From positions 2,418,001-2,482,000 of the forward strand of contig BROI01000001.1 of the NCBI GenBank assembly GCA_027923505.1: 64,000 nucleotides of DNA, read 5' to 3'. A model generated the notes under the pieces. It did no database searches and had not been told where the DNA came from. It saw only the letters and a program-made list of their open reading frames with translations. Source of the DNA: Mayamaea pseudoterrestris (taxonomy: Eukaryota). How positions within the stretch are numbered: position 1 is the stretch's first letter; every line of letters begins with the position of its first letter. The translations under genes and the position numbers were made by a program. Positions 11,948 through 23,700 of the stretch are shown here, one piece after another.

Positions 11948-14829
11948 ATGTCTGTACTTATTAGAATACTGTTATATGCCACGTGTCTTGCAGGTAATCA
12001 TGCATGGGCTCCAAAACAATGGCAATTGTCGATGCTGAAAGGGGAGCATCGCTTGACCACGACGAGACCGCTGCAAGCATCATTGTCAGATACGGGCCCA
12101 GAAATGAACGATGGCGACGACATTTCTTTTGCTCCTTCCACTGAACGTGATAATTATGTCACTGAACGTGATACAGCCGAACAAGCCAATCTCTTGGCTG
12201 CTACGACAACCGCCACAGGTTCCATAGAACTTCAGCAAGAGATTTCCAACTCATTTCTACAATACGCACTCTCCATCATCCTTGGTCGCGCCATTCCAGA
12301 CGCTAGAGATGGTCTCAAACCAGTACATAGACGCATTCTATACGCGATGGACCAGCTTTCACTTGTTCCGACGGGCACGCATCGCAAATGCGCTCGCGTG
12401 GTGGGTGAGGTGCTTGGCAAGTTTCATCCACACGGAGACATGGCAGTATATGACGCTTTGGTTCGTCTGGCGCAAGACTTTAGCACGAACCATCCACTGA
12501 TTGACGGGCATGGAAACTTCGGTAGCATTGATGCGGATCCCGCGGCAGCCATGCGATACACTGAGTGTAAACTTACTCCGTTGTCACAAGCTGCATTACT
12601 GCAAGACTTGAATGAAGACACTGTCGAGTATATCGCCAATTTTGACGGAAATGAGAAGGAACCGACAGTTCTGCCAGCTAGACTGCCTGTTCTGCTCATT
12701 AATGGTGCCTCTGGAATCGCTGTGGGCATGGCAACCAATGTTCCGCCGCATAACTTGAAAGAGATTTTGGCAGCCTGCAGTGCACTCGTAACAGCGAGGC
12801 AAAAGCAGCAGACTGTTACTGATAAGAAGCTACTACAACTTGTCCCCGCTCCAGATTTTCCCACCGGAGCATTTATATTGGGTACATCGGGGGCGGAACA
12901 GCTCTACAGCACTGGTAATGGAGGGATTGTCATGCGGGCAACCACTGAGATCGAAAACGTGGTGGTTGGCAAAAAAGGGCAGTCGCGGAACGCAATCATC
13001 ATTAAGGAACTGCCTTATCAAGTTAACAAGGCGGCACTGTTAGAGAAGATTGCTGCGCTCGTCAATGATAAGAAGCTGGATGGGATTGCTGACTTGCGAG
13101 ATGAATCGGATCGAGACGGAATCCGCGTCGTCATTGAGCTCAAGCGCGACGCTGTCGCTGCCGTTGTGCTGAACAACCTCTACAAAAAGACGTCGCTGCA
13201 AAGCACTTTCAGCGGTAACTTTTTGGCTCTCATGTCGAATGGAGATGGAGCTACGAGTAGTCTGGTTCCACAACGGTTCACGCTTCGTCAAGCGCTCGAC
13301 TGTTTTCTAGATTTTCGGTTCAGCACAATCCGAAAAAAGTCCAAGTTTCAGTTGTCCAAGGTTGAGAGTCGCTTGCACATTGTAGAGGGACTCTTGCTTG
13401 CCTTGGCAAAGGTTGACGAAGTCATTAAGATTGTACGATCCTCCCCGGATCCCAAGGTAGCTAAAGAGAAAGTGAAACAAATGCTTGGAGCGACAGAAGA
13501 GCAGACGGAATCGATACTAAGGTTGCAGCTTGGTCAGCTGACACGACTCAACAAGGGCAAGCTCGACGAAGAGAAGTCGGATCTTCTCGCTTCGCAGTCG
13601 GAATTGAAGAATTTATTGGACGTAGACAATGCGGTGTACGACGTAATGAAGGGCGAGTTTAAGGAATTGTCAACGAAGTTTGGGGTTGAGCGCAAGAGCA
13701 GAATAATGATCGAAGATGACGGAGAACTGTCTGAGATGGATTTGATACGCAACTCCCGCTCCGTAATTGTCGTGCTTCGTTCAGGCTATATTAAGCGCAT
13801 GCCTCTAGGGACATTTGAAAGCCAAGGCCGAGGAACAAAGGGTAAGCGAGGAGCCTTTGACGGCGGTACGGGCGAGCAAGGTGACGAAATAGCACACTGC
13901 TTCACATGCAATGATCATGACACTCTTCTTATGGTCACCCAGAATGGTATTGCTCATGGCATTCGGGCCTATCAAATTCCGATTGGTAGCCGGACTGCTA
14001 AAGGCCAGGCTATTCCGTCTGTCTTGCCACTAGGAGCAGCCGATACGATTACAGCTGTGCTCCGTATTTCAGAATTTGTCGAAGATGTTTATCTTGTCTT
14101 GGCCACAGAGCATGGTTTTATCAAGCGCACACCAGTCAGTGCCTTTGGAAATATGACTGGACGAGGTCTGACAATTGCAACGCTGGAGGAAGGAGACAGT
14201 CTGAAATGGTGCCAACTATGTACTGATAATGGTTCAATTCTACTGGGAACAAAGAAAGGAATGGCAACGCGGTTTGCAGCATGTGCGTATTGCCGTTGAA
14301 ATTACATTGTGTGACTATGCGTACTCCATAAAGCGATCTCTCACTTCCTGCTTCTCTACTCTCAGCGGAAATACGCCCAACGGGACGAACTAGTCGCGGA
14401 GTGCAAGCAATGAAACTTCGGGAGGGCGACTCTATCGCCGACATGAACGTATTGGGTTGCGAGAAGAATACAAAGGGACCCATGTCCGACGCCCGCGACT
14501 TTGTGCTAGCTGTCACAGCCCAAGGCTTTGGCAAGCGCATTCCGCGATCCGACTTTCGCATTCAACATCGCGGAGGCAAGGGTGTCGTGGCAATCAAGTT
14601 TAAGAAGAATACCACCGATCAAGTTTGTGCGCTCGCAGCCGCTCGCGAGTCAGATGAGATTCTCTTGATCACTGCCAAGGGCATTATTGTGCGGCAACAA
14701 GTATCCCAAATACCTGCTCAGAGTCGAACAGCGACTGGCGTTTTGGTGCAAAGACTCGATGACGGCGATTACATTACCACCGTCAGTCGTGTTCCCGAGT
14801 ACGAGGAGACTGACAATGATGCGACGTAG
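11948..14829 (+). CDS. gyrA: DNA gyrase subunit A, plastid-targeted, 2 exons
   Basis: Signal peptide plus NHA-WAP (ASAFAP-type) presequence. Motifs [22 protein letters not shown], catalytic AAAMRYTE and GyrA box QGRGTKG. Intron 14283-14365 (GTGCGT..CTCAG) joins [16 protein letters not shown]. Confidence 0.93.
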
Positions 14830-15712
14830 TCTTGCTTGTTTGCTGCCGGATGATCTGTGCCTTGCTCAACCACTGTACCTTGTATATTCTTGTAATTTCC
14901 CTCGCACCATCATCTGTCCGTTCAATGCATTCGTCAATACATTCCGCCACAAGTCTATGTGATTGAGTCGCAGTCTTTTTCCCAAGCGTCTTGTAGAACT
15001 TGGTGTCACTCTTCCACCGTCTCATTCCGGCGAGCAAGCAAATTGAATTTGGTGCTTGCGACAAAATGTGAGCAAGAGCCAGCTCCAGCGGCTCGTGCAG
15101 GCACTCCCAGTACACGCAGTCGGATCCAATGACAAATAGCGGCAAGGCTGTATCGGCAAGCGTGTGCGACATGATGGCATGCAATGCTTGATTGGCGTGA
15201 GTAAGATTTCCCCACTCCAATGGTTGGACTTGGACGGCGTCTGGTCCCAACACAAACGAGTCCCTGTTCAAGGTGGTATTCGACTGCAAGAGAGGCAATG
15301 CTTCGACAAGATCCGTCAGTAAGACGCGTACTGGTAGTTGCGACGCAATCTCTAGTCCAGTAAGTCCGACGCCAGCGCCAAGTTCAAGAACCGACATTGG
15401 TAAACTGTCGTCGGCGTTTGACTGGCCAAAGAATTGTTCTCGATTGTCCAATATATAGACTGCAAGTTTCTGCGCCGCTGGCCAAAGCCTTTGCGCAATG
15501 GATCCTCCAAGTTGCTGCTGCTGAACTAGAACGTGCATGCACCGATGAGTCTGTAACATGTTGGATGGTACTGCCTCGGCATCAAGGTGCTCAATCTCGT
15601 CGAGTTGTTGCTTCTTCACACTGCAGCCGGATTCATCGCTCGATGATGATTTTGATCTGAATAGGGACCTGAATTCTACTCCCTCATCTGATGAGTCATC
15701 TAATTGTTCCAT
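14783..15712 (-). CDS. METTL21/EFM-type (Methyltransf_16) protein lysine methyltransferase, copy 1
   Basis: Motifs LWPAA, VLELGAGVGLTG, LLTDL, LEWG and IGSDCVY. Probable start MEQLDD at 15712. Confidence 0.85.
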   Translation of the reverse strand: MEQLDDSSDEGVEFRSLFRSKSSSSDESGCSVKKQQLDEIEHLDAEAVPSNMLQTHRCMHVLVQQQQLGGSIAQRLWPAAQKLAVYILDNREQFFGQSNADDSLPMSVLELGAGVGLTGLEIASQLPVRVLLTDLVEALPLLQSNTTLNRDSFVLGPDAVQVQPLEWGNLTHANQALHAIMSHTLADTALPLFVIGSDCVYWECLHEPLELALAHILSQAPNSICLLAGMRRWKSDTKFYKTLGKKTATQSHRLVAECIDECIERTDDGAREITRIYKVQWLSKAQIIRQQTSKTTSHHCQSPRTREHD

Positions 15713-15926
15713 CGACGTGGTGAGATGGAGCTGATGAAGGGAAGAAGAAAAGGAAACGAATGATGGTCGATGAGAGGGCGGCGATGTTGATGGATCTTTC
15801 TGTCGCATCGTTACTTGTTTCTGTCGCATCGTCACTTGCTGACGTGACGAAACGCAGAGACTCGCGCAACCGAAGATCTGCGATCCGTGAAGTGTCGCAT
15901 GCAGGCCAAGCCAGCCGCATTGCCTC

Positions 15927-17885
15927 ATGCAGATGCAGCAGCAGCCAGAGGAATCAAGTATATGTTGCAACAAGTCGACTCACATCTACATGTGGCCATC
16001 CCCGAATCGAAAGGTCTTTCCATCGCCGCAGTCTAGCGAAGCCAGCGATGGAAGTAAACCAATAGTGGAGGGACAAATTAATCCCCCAAGGCCAAGCGCT
16101 CCGCCCCTCGTGGCTGCAACTGCGGATGGCGAAGGAAACCAGACAGTTCCTACATCCATTCACGAAGACGACCATGAAGCCGTTATTGACTTGACGGAGC
16201 ATCAAGCTCCAAGTGTTGACGACGAGGAAGATGCCGACTATGTTCCAGAGTCTCTTCGATCCTTTGTCCAGCAGGCCAACAATCGCCTTTGGCAGGAAAC
16301 GCAAGGATTCTACTCGACCCTGCTTCCCCATTCGACGGATAGCCAAGACGCTGCGGAGGAGACGGATGCATCGGTGCCGAATCCGACGTTTTCTCCAGAT
16401 GCAAGCAACATTTATAACTCGCCGGCTGCGACGGTAGCGAAAAGTCACGCGTACGAAACGCCCACTATTGACTTGACCAACGTGCCGGAAACAATCAGCA
16501 CGCCGCCAGCTGCTGCGGCTACTATAATTAGTGATGATGATGGAACAAAGCCAGAACCGACAGCCTTATTTGCATCTCCACCGTCAAATGTTCAAGATGA
16601 CCAAAAACAAGAGACAGCTTCGCAGCCAGTTTTGTCAATTTCACACATTGGTGAGCTCGATGAGACCCAAGAGTCCATGCAACTGGAATCGTTCGGCGAC
16701 ACTGAAGGACAAAATATGTTGGCACCAGAGCAATTTGATTTGGACTCCTTGGAGTCTGATCTCGTTCAAGGAGAGAAGCAAGGTGACGAGATTGACGAAA
16801 GTTTGCCTTCAGATGAGGATCCGCCTGTTCCTTCGCCGTTGACCAATATAGTCTTGCCGAGTAGTATTGCTCCCGTCGATGCTCCACTGCCGCCGCCGGA
16901 CACTCTGAAAGATGAAGATGCGGCATTAGTTCCAGTCAAGGATCATCCGATGCCAGCCGAAACAGGAGTTGAAAGACATGCGCAAGCATCGCCAAAGATT
17001 GCCGGGCAAGCCAAAGTCCTTTTACCGGCGATTGTCAAGCAAGCCGGTGAATCTTGGCCAGCCGCGATGGGACCAGAAGTGTCACAGATGGAGTCACCAG
17101 CAGCAACCAAGGATGTAGTGACAGAAGATGAAGTGCACGAGTCGTCGTTAGGAGCGCAGCAGAAATCTTCTACGGGGAGTGCGGCTGCACCGGCCGCGGA
17201 CACGGAGAAAGCACCATCCATGTCTTTTTGGCAAAGAGTGACTCAGCCGGTTTTGCCATCTCAAGCAGAGAAGGATGTGAGTGTGGCTGAAGTTCAAACG
17301 TCAGCACAAGCGAGCTTTGCCTTGCCTGATCAGGTTCCTGTGGGAAATCCATTTAATCCGCCCACAACATTGGATGAAGAGCACGCTCTTTTTCCAGCAA
17401 AGTCTCAACCAGCCATTGCTTTCGAGCCTCAGAAGCATGTAGCTGGAGTAAGAGAGCAATCAATATCGCCGTCTGTAACTGCCCTTGAGGATGCTCAATT
17501 GCCCGAGACGAAACCGAATAGTACTCAAAATCAATCAGAATCGCAGCAAATTGTGAGAAATCCACCGGCGGCAAAGATAAATGTATCTGGTAAAGAAGCG
17601 GCGGCGTCGTTTTTGTTCGCTCCGGATGATAAATTTGACTTATCAAATGAGAAAATGAGCACCCCAACCTCGTCGCTGCAGCACCCACTGGCGCCACCTA
17701 CGGTCGCCTCGCGTGCGAAGGAACATGAGCGGGGGCGGAACAGCTCTACAGCACTGGTAATGGAGGGATTGTCATGCGGGCAACCACTGAGATCGAAAAC
17801 GTGGTGGTTGGCAAAAAAGGGCAGTCGCGGAACGCAATCATCATTAAGGAACTGCCTTATCAAGTTAACAAGGCGGCACTGTTAG
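15927..17885 (+). pseudogene. 3'-truncated copy of the TPX2-like gene, fused out of frame to gyrA sequence
   Basis: Identical to 20769-22573 up to RAKEHER, then reads an alternative frame of gyrA (GRNSSTAL..) to a stop at 17885. Confidence 0.85.
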
Positions 17886-19671
17886 AGAAGATTGCTGCGC
17901 TCGTCAATGATAAGAAGCTGGATGGGATTGCTGACTTGCGAGATGAATCGGATCGAGACGGAATCCGCGTCGTCATTGAGCTCAAGCGCGACGCTGTCGC
18001 TGCCGTTGTGCTGAACAACCTCTACAAAAAGACGTCGCTGCAAAGCACTTTCAGCGGTAACTTTTTGGCTCTCATGTCGAATGGAGATGGAGCTACGAGT
18101 AGTCTGGTTCCACAACGGTTCACGCTTCGTCAAGCGCTCGACTGTTTTCTAGATTTTCGGTTCAGCACAATCCGAAAAAAGTCCAAGTTTCAGTTGTCCA
18201 AGGTTGAGAGTCGCTTGCACATTGTAGAGGGACTCTTGCTTGCCTTGGCAAAGGTTGACGAAGTCATTAAGATTGTACGATCCTCCCCGGATCCCAAGGT
18301 AGCTAAAGAGAAAGTGAAACAAATGCTTGGAGCGACAGAAGAGCAGACGGAATCGATACTAAGGTTGCAGCTTGGTCAGCTGACACGACTCAACAAGGGC
18401 AAGCTCGACGAAGAGAAGTCGGATCTTCTCGCTTCGCAGTCGGAATTGAAGAATTTATTGGACGTAGACAATGCGGTGTACGACGTAATGAAGGGCGAGT
18501 TTAAGGAATTGTCAACGAAGTTTGGGGTTGAGCGCAAGAGCAGAATAATGATCGAAGATGACGGAGAACTGTCTGAGATGGATTTGATACGCAACTCCCG
18601 CTCCGTAATTGTCGTGCTTCGTTCAGGCTATATTAAGCGCATGCCTCTAGGGACATTTGAAAGCCAAGGCCGAGGAACAAAGGGTAAGCGAGGAGCCTTT
18701 GACGGCGGTACGGGCGAGCAAGGTGACGAAATAGCACACTGCTTCACATGCAATGATCATGACACTCTTCTTATGGTCACCCAGAATGGTATTGCTCATG
18801 GCATTCGGGCCTATCAAATTCCGATTGGTAGCCGGACTGCTAAAGGCCAGGCTATTCCGTCTGTCTTGCCACTAGGAGCAGCCGATACGATTACAGCTGT
18901 GCTCCGTATTTCAGAATTTGTCGAAGATGTTTATCTTGTCTTGGCCACAGAGCATGGTTTTATCAAGCGCACACCAGTCAGTGCCTTTGGAAATATGACT
19001 GGACGAGGTCTGACAATTGCAACGCTGGAGGAAGGAGACAGTCTGAAATGGTGCCAACTATGTACTGATAATGGTTCAATTCTACTGGGAACAAAGAAAG
19101 GAATGGCAACGCGGTTTGCAGCATGTGCGTATTGCCGTTGAAATTACATTGTGTGACTATGCGTACTCCATAAAGCGATCTCTCACTTCCTGCTTCTCTA
19201 CTCTCAGCGGAAATACGCCCAACGGGACGAACTAGTCGCGGAGTGCAAGCAATGAAACTTCGGGAGGGCGACTCTATCGCCGACATGAACGTATTGGGTT
19301 GCGAGAAGAATACAAAGGGACCCATGTCCGACGCCCGCGACTTTGTGCTAGCTGTCACAGCCCAAGGCTTTGGCAAGCGCATTCCGCGATCCGACTTTCG
19401 CATTCAACATCGCGGAGGCAAGGGTGTCGTGGCAATCAAGTTTAAGAAGAATACCACCGATCAAGTTTGTGCGCTCGCAGCCGCTCGCGAGTCAGATGAG
19501 ATTCTCTTGATCACTGCCAAGGGCATTATTGTGCGGCAACAAGTATCCCAAATACCTGCTCAGAGTCGAACAGCGACTGGCGTTTTGGTGCAAAGACTCG
19601 ATGACGGCGATTACATTACCACCGTCAGTCGTGTTCCCGAGTACGAGGAGACTGACAATGATGCGACGTAG
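17730..19671 (+). pseudogene. gyrA: 5'-truncated gyrA duplicate lacking presequence and catalytic Tyr
   Basis: Copy of 12888-14829 including the intron. The first ATG is at 17774, downstream of AAMRY. Confidence 0.88.
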
Positions 19672-20554
19672 TCTTGCTTGTTTGCTGCCGGATGATCTGT
19701 GCCTTGCTCAACCACTGTACCTTGTATATTCTTGTAATTTCCCTCGCACCATCATCTGTCCGTTCAATGCATTCGTCAATACATTCCGCCACAAGTCTAT
19801 GTGATTGAGTCGCAGTCTTTTTCCCAAGCGTCTTGTAGAACTTGGTGTCACTCTTCCACCGTCTCATTCCGGCGAGCAAGCAAATTGAATTTGGTGCTTG
19901 CGACAAAATGTGAGCAAGAGCCAGCTCCAGCGGCTCGTGCAGGCACTCCCAGTACACGCAGTCGGATCCAATGACAAATAGCGGCAAGGCTGTATCGGCA
20001 AGCGTGTGCGACATGATGGCATGCAATGCTTGATTGGCGTGAGTAAGATTTCCCCACTCCAATGGTTGGACTTGGACGGCGTCTGGTCCCAACACAAACG
20101 AGTCCCTGTTCAAGGTGGTATTCGACTGCAAGAGAGGCAATGCTTCGACAAGATCCGTCAGTAAGACGCGTACTGGTAGTTGCGACGCAATCTCTAGTCC
20201 AGTAAGTCCGACGCCAGCGCCAAGTTCAAGAACCGACATTGGTAAACTGTCGTCGGCGTTTGACTGGCCAAAGAATTGTTCTCGATTGTCCAATATATAG
20301 ACTGCAAGTTTCTGCGCCGCTGGCCAAAGCCTTTGCGCAATGGATCCTCCAAGTTGCTGCTGCTGAACTAGAACGTGCATGCACCGATGAGTCTGTAACA
20401 TGTTGGATGGTACTGCCTCGGCATCAAGGTGCTCAATCTCGTCGAGTTGTTGCTTCTTCACACTGCAGCCGGATTCATCGCTCGATGATGATTTTGATCT
20501 GAATAGGGACCTGAATTCTACTCCCTCATCTGATGAGTCATCTAATTGTTCCAT
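19625..20554 (-). CDS. METTL21/EFM-type methyltransferase, copy 2 (complete duplicate)
   Basis: Translation identical to copy 1, offset +4842. Confidence 0.8.
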   Translation of the reverse strand: MEQLDDSSDEGVEFRSLFRSKSSSSDESGCSVKKQQLDEIEHLDAEAVPSNMLQTHRCMHVLVQQQQLGGSIAQRLWPAAQKLAVYILDNREQFFGQSNADDSLPMSVLELGAGVGLTGLEIASQLPVRVLLTDLVEALPLLQSNTTLNRDSFVLGPDAVQVQPLEWGNLTHANQALHAIMSHTLADTALPLFVIGSDCVYWECLHEPLELALAHILSQAPNSICLLAGMRRWKSDTKFYKTLGKKTATQSHRLVAECIDECIERTDDGAREITRIYKVQWLSKAQIIRQQTSKTTSHHCQSPRTREHD

Positions 20555-20768
20555 CGACGTGGTGAGATGGAGCTGATGAAGGGAAGAAGAAAAGGAAACG
20601 AATGATGGTCGATGAGAGGGCGGCGATGTTGATGGATCTTTCTGTCGCATCGTTACTTGTTTCTGTCGCATCGTCACTTGCTGACGTGACGAAACGCAGA
20701 GACTCGCGCAACCGAAGATCTGCGATCCGTGAAGTGTCGCATGCAGGCCAAGCCAGCCGCATTGCCTC

Positions 20769-23700
20769 ATGCAGATGCAGCAGCAGCCAGAGGAATCAAG
20801 TATATGTTGCAACAAGTCGACTCACATCTACATGTGGCCATCCCCGAATCGAAAGGTCTTTCCATCGCCGCAGTCTAGCGAAGCCAGCGATGGAAGTAAA
20901 CCAATAGTGGAGGGACAAATTAATCCCCCAAGGCCAAGCGCTCCGCCCCTCGTGGCTGCAACTGCGGATGGCGAAGGAAACCAGACAGTTCCTACATCCA
21001 TTCACGAAGACGACCATGAAGCCGTTATTGACTTGACGGAGCATCAAGCTCCAAGTGTTGACGACGAGGAAGATGCCGACTATGTTCCAGAGTCTCTTCG
21101 ATCCTTTGTCCAGCAGGCCAACAATCGCCTTTGGCAGGAAACGCAAGGATTCTACTCGACCCTGCTTCCCCATTCGACGGATAGCCAAGACGCTGCGGAG
21201 GAGACGGATGCATCGGTGCCGAATCCGACGTTTTCTCCAGATGCAAGCAACATTTATAACTCGCCGGCTGCGACGGTAGCGAAAAGTCACGCGTACGAAA
21301 CGCCCACTATTGACTTGACCAACGTGCCGGAAACAATCAGCACGCCGCCAGCTGCTGCGGCTACTATAATTAGTGATGATGATGGAACAAAGCCAGAACC
21401 GACAGCCTTATTTGCATCTCCACCGTCAAATGTTCAAGATGACCAAAAACAAGAGACAGCTTCGCAGCCAGTTTTGTCAATTTCACACATTGGTGAGCTC
21501 GATGAGACCCAAGAGTCCATGCAACTGGAATCGTTCGGCGACACTGAAGGACAAAATATGTTGGCACCAGAGCAATTTGATTTGGACTCCTTGGAGTCTG
21601 ATCTCGTTCAAGGAGAGAAGCAAGGTGACGAGATTGACGAAAGTTTGCCTTCAGATGAGGATCCGCCTGTTCCTTCGCCGTTGACCAATATAGTCTTGCC
21701 GAGTAGTATTGCTCCCGTCGATGCTCCACTGCCGCCGCCGGACACTCTGAAAGATGAAGATGCGGCATTAGTTCCAGTCAAGGATCATCCGATGCCAGCC
21801 GAAACAGGAGTTGAAAGACATGCGCAAGCATCGCCAAAGATTGCCGGGCAAGCCAAAGTCCTTTTACCGGCGATTGTCAAGCAAGCCGGTGAATCTTGGC
21901 CAGCCGCGATGGGACCAGAAGTGTCACAGATGGAGTCACCAGCAGCAACCAAGGATGTAGTGACAGAAGATGAAGTGCACGAGTCGTCGTTAGGAGCGCA
22001 GCAGAAATCTTCTACGGGGAGTGCGGCTGCACCGGCCGCGGACACGGAGAAAGCACCATCCATGTCTTTTTGGCAAAGAGTGACTCAGCCGGTTTTGCCA
22101 TCTCAAGCAGAGAAGGATGTGAGTGTGGCTGAAGTTCAAACGTCAGCACAAGCGAGCTTTGCCTTGCCTGATCAGGTTCCTGTGGGAAATCCATTTAATC
22201 CGCCCACAACATTGGATGAAGAGCACGCTCTTTTTCCAGCAAAGTCTCAACCAGCCATTGCTTTCGAGCCTCAGAAGCATGTAGCTGGAGTAAGAGAGCA
22301 ATCAATATCGCCGTCTGTAACTGCCCTTGAGGATGCTCAATTGCCCGAGACGAAACCGAATAGTACTCAAAATCAATCAGAATCGCAGCAAATTGTGAGA
22401 AATCCACCGGCGGCAAAGATAAATGTATCTGGTAAAGAAGCGGCGGCGTCGTTTTTGTTCGCTCCGGATGATAAATTTGACTTATCAAATGAGAAAATGA
22501 GCACCCCAACCTCGTCGCTGCAGCACCCACTGGCGCCACCTACGGTCGCCTCGCGTGCGAAGGAACATGAGCGTCCTCCGAGTGTCACTGAAGTGACTGC
22601 TTCATCATCGACGTCTCCACAATCGTCGGTCGCCAAACTTTCGTCAACCACAACAAAGCCAAATACTCCGTTAAATTCGCTCCAGCACCGACTGTCGCAA
22701 CCAACGACGGCGTCCAAAGCGAAGGAACATGATCATCGTGCGAAAATTGCTGTTTCTACAGAGCCACCTACCAAGTTTTTGAGCACAGATAGTATTGTGG
22801 CGAAGAAGGCTACGAACCCAGGAACGACAGCGATTTTGGACCGTCTCACTCAACCAACATCTGCATCCAAGGCGAAGGAGCTTGGGCATAACAAAAATAA
22901 CATCCATGAAACTGTCTTAGCGACTCAAGTTGCGTCTCACGAGACTGAAATAACAAAGGTAACGCATTCAGATGCAATAAAGAAGGTTGAGGATGCTGAG
23001 GCGAAAGCTCTAGCAACGTCGCCTCCAGATCGCTTATTGCAACCTACTGCAGCGTCGAAGGCGAAGCAGCATGCACCAATCGAGCATGTGCAAGATTCTT
23101 CCTTGTCTGTGACAGAATCTACGGTTGTTTCTACCACAGAACCGCCGAAATCGCCCGAGTTATTGACAAGAAAGTCAGTGTCTCCGTCATTGCATCTCTT
23201 GGATCGTTTGTCAAAGCCGACCTCAGCTTCGAAAGCCAAAGAGCGCGAACACACTTCACAGGTCTCACCAACAACTTCTGACGAAAAGTTAAGATTGAGA
23301 AAGGCTGCTCTAGCTCCTATTGATACGTCACTGTCGCCTGCTTCGCCAGCCTCGTCTCCAACAATCGTTGATCAGGTGACTCGACTGACGGCAGCGTCCA
23401 GTGACCATGCTGTTCGTGCTACATTAGAGCAATCGGCGCCTGAAAATGAGAGCAAAGGGGAAGTTCCACGGACTCCTTGTAAGTCGTCGGCGCCGGTTTC
23501 GATTGAAGCATTTCTGGGATCCACCCATGAACAGCCTTCACCGATTCAAACTGTAGCATCACCTGTAAGCCACGACACTGAGCGCTGCAGCAAGCAAGAA
23601 GTTTCGATGGCGACGCGACCAGATATGCCGAGACCAGCCTCCGACTCCGTTGTGAAGCCTGATTTGATTGCCGCCGGACCTCTTTCTACTGTAGGAGCGC

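Larger units (their letters stand above)
12888..22573. repeat. Tandem segmental duplication, 4,842-bp unit x2 (12888-17731 / 17730-22573)
   Basis: All ORFs recur at +4842 with identical translations. The junction GAACATGAG-CG-GGGGCGGAAC shares a 2-bp CG microhomology. Confidence 0.97.

Noticed and set aside
11948..14829. gyrA as bacterial contamination or recent horizontal transfer
   Set aside because: It has a spliceosomal intron, a plastid presequence and eukaryotic neighbours; organellar gyrase is expected.
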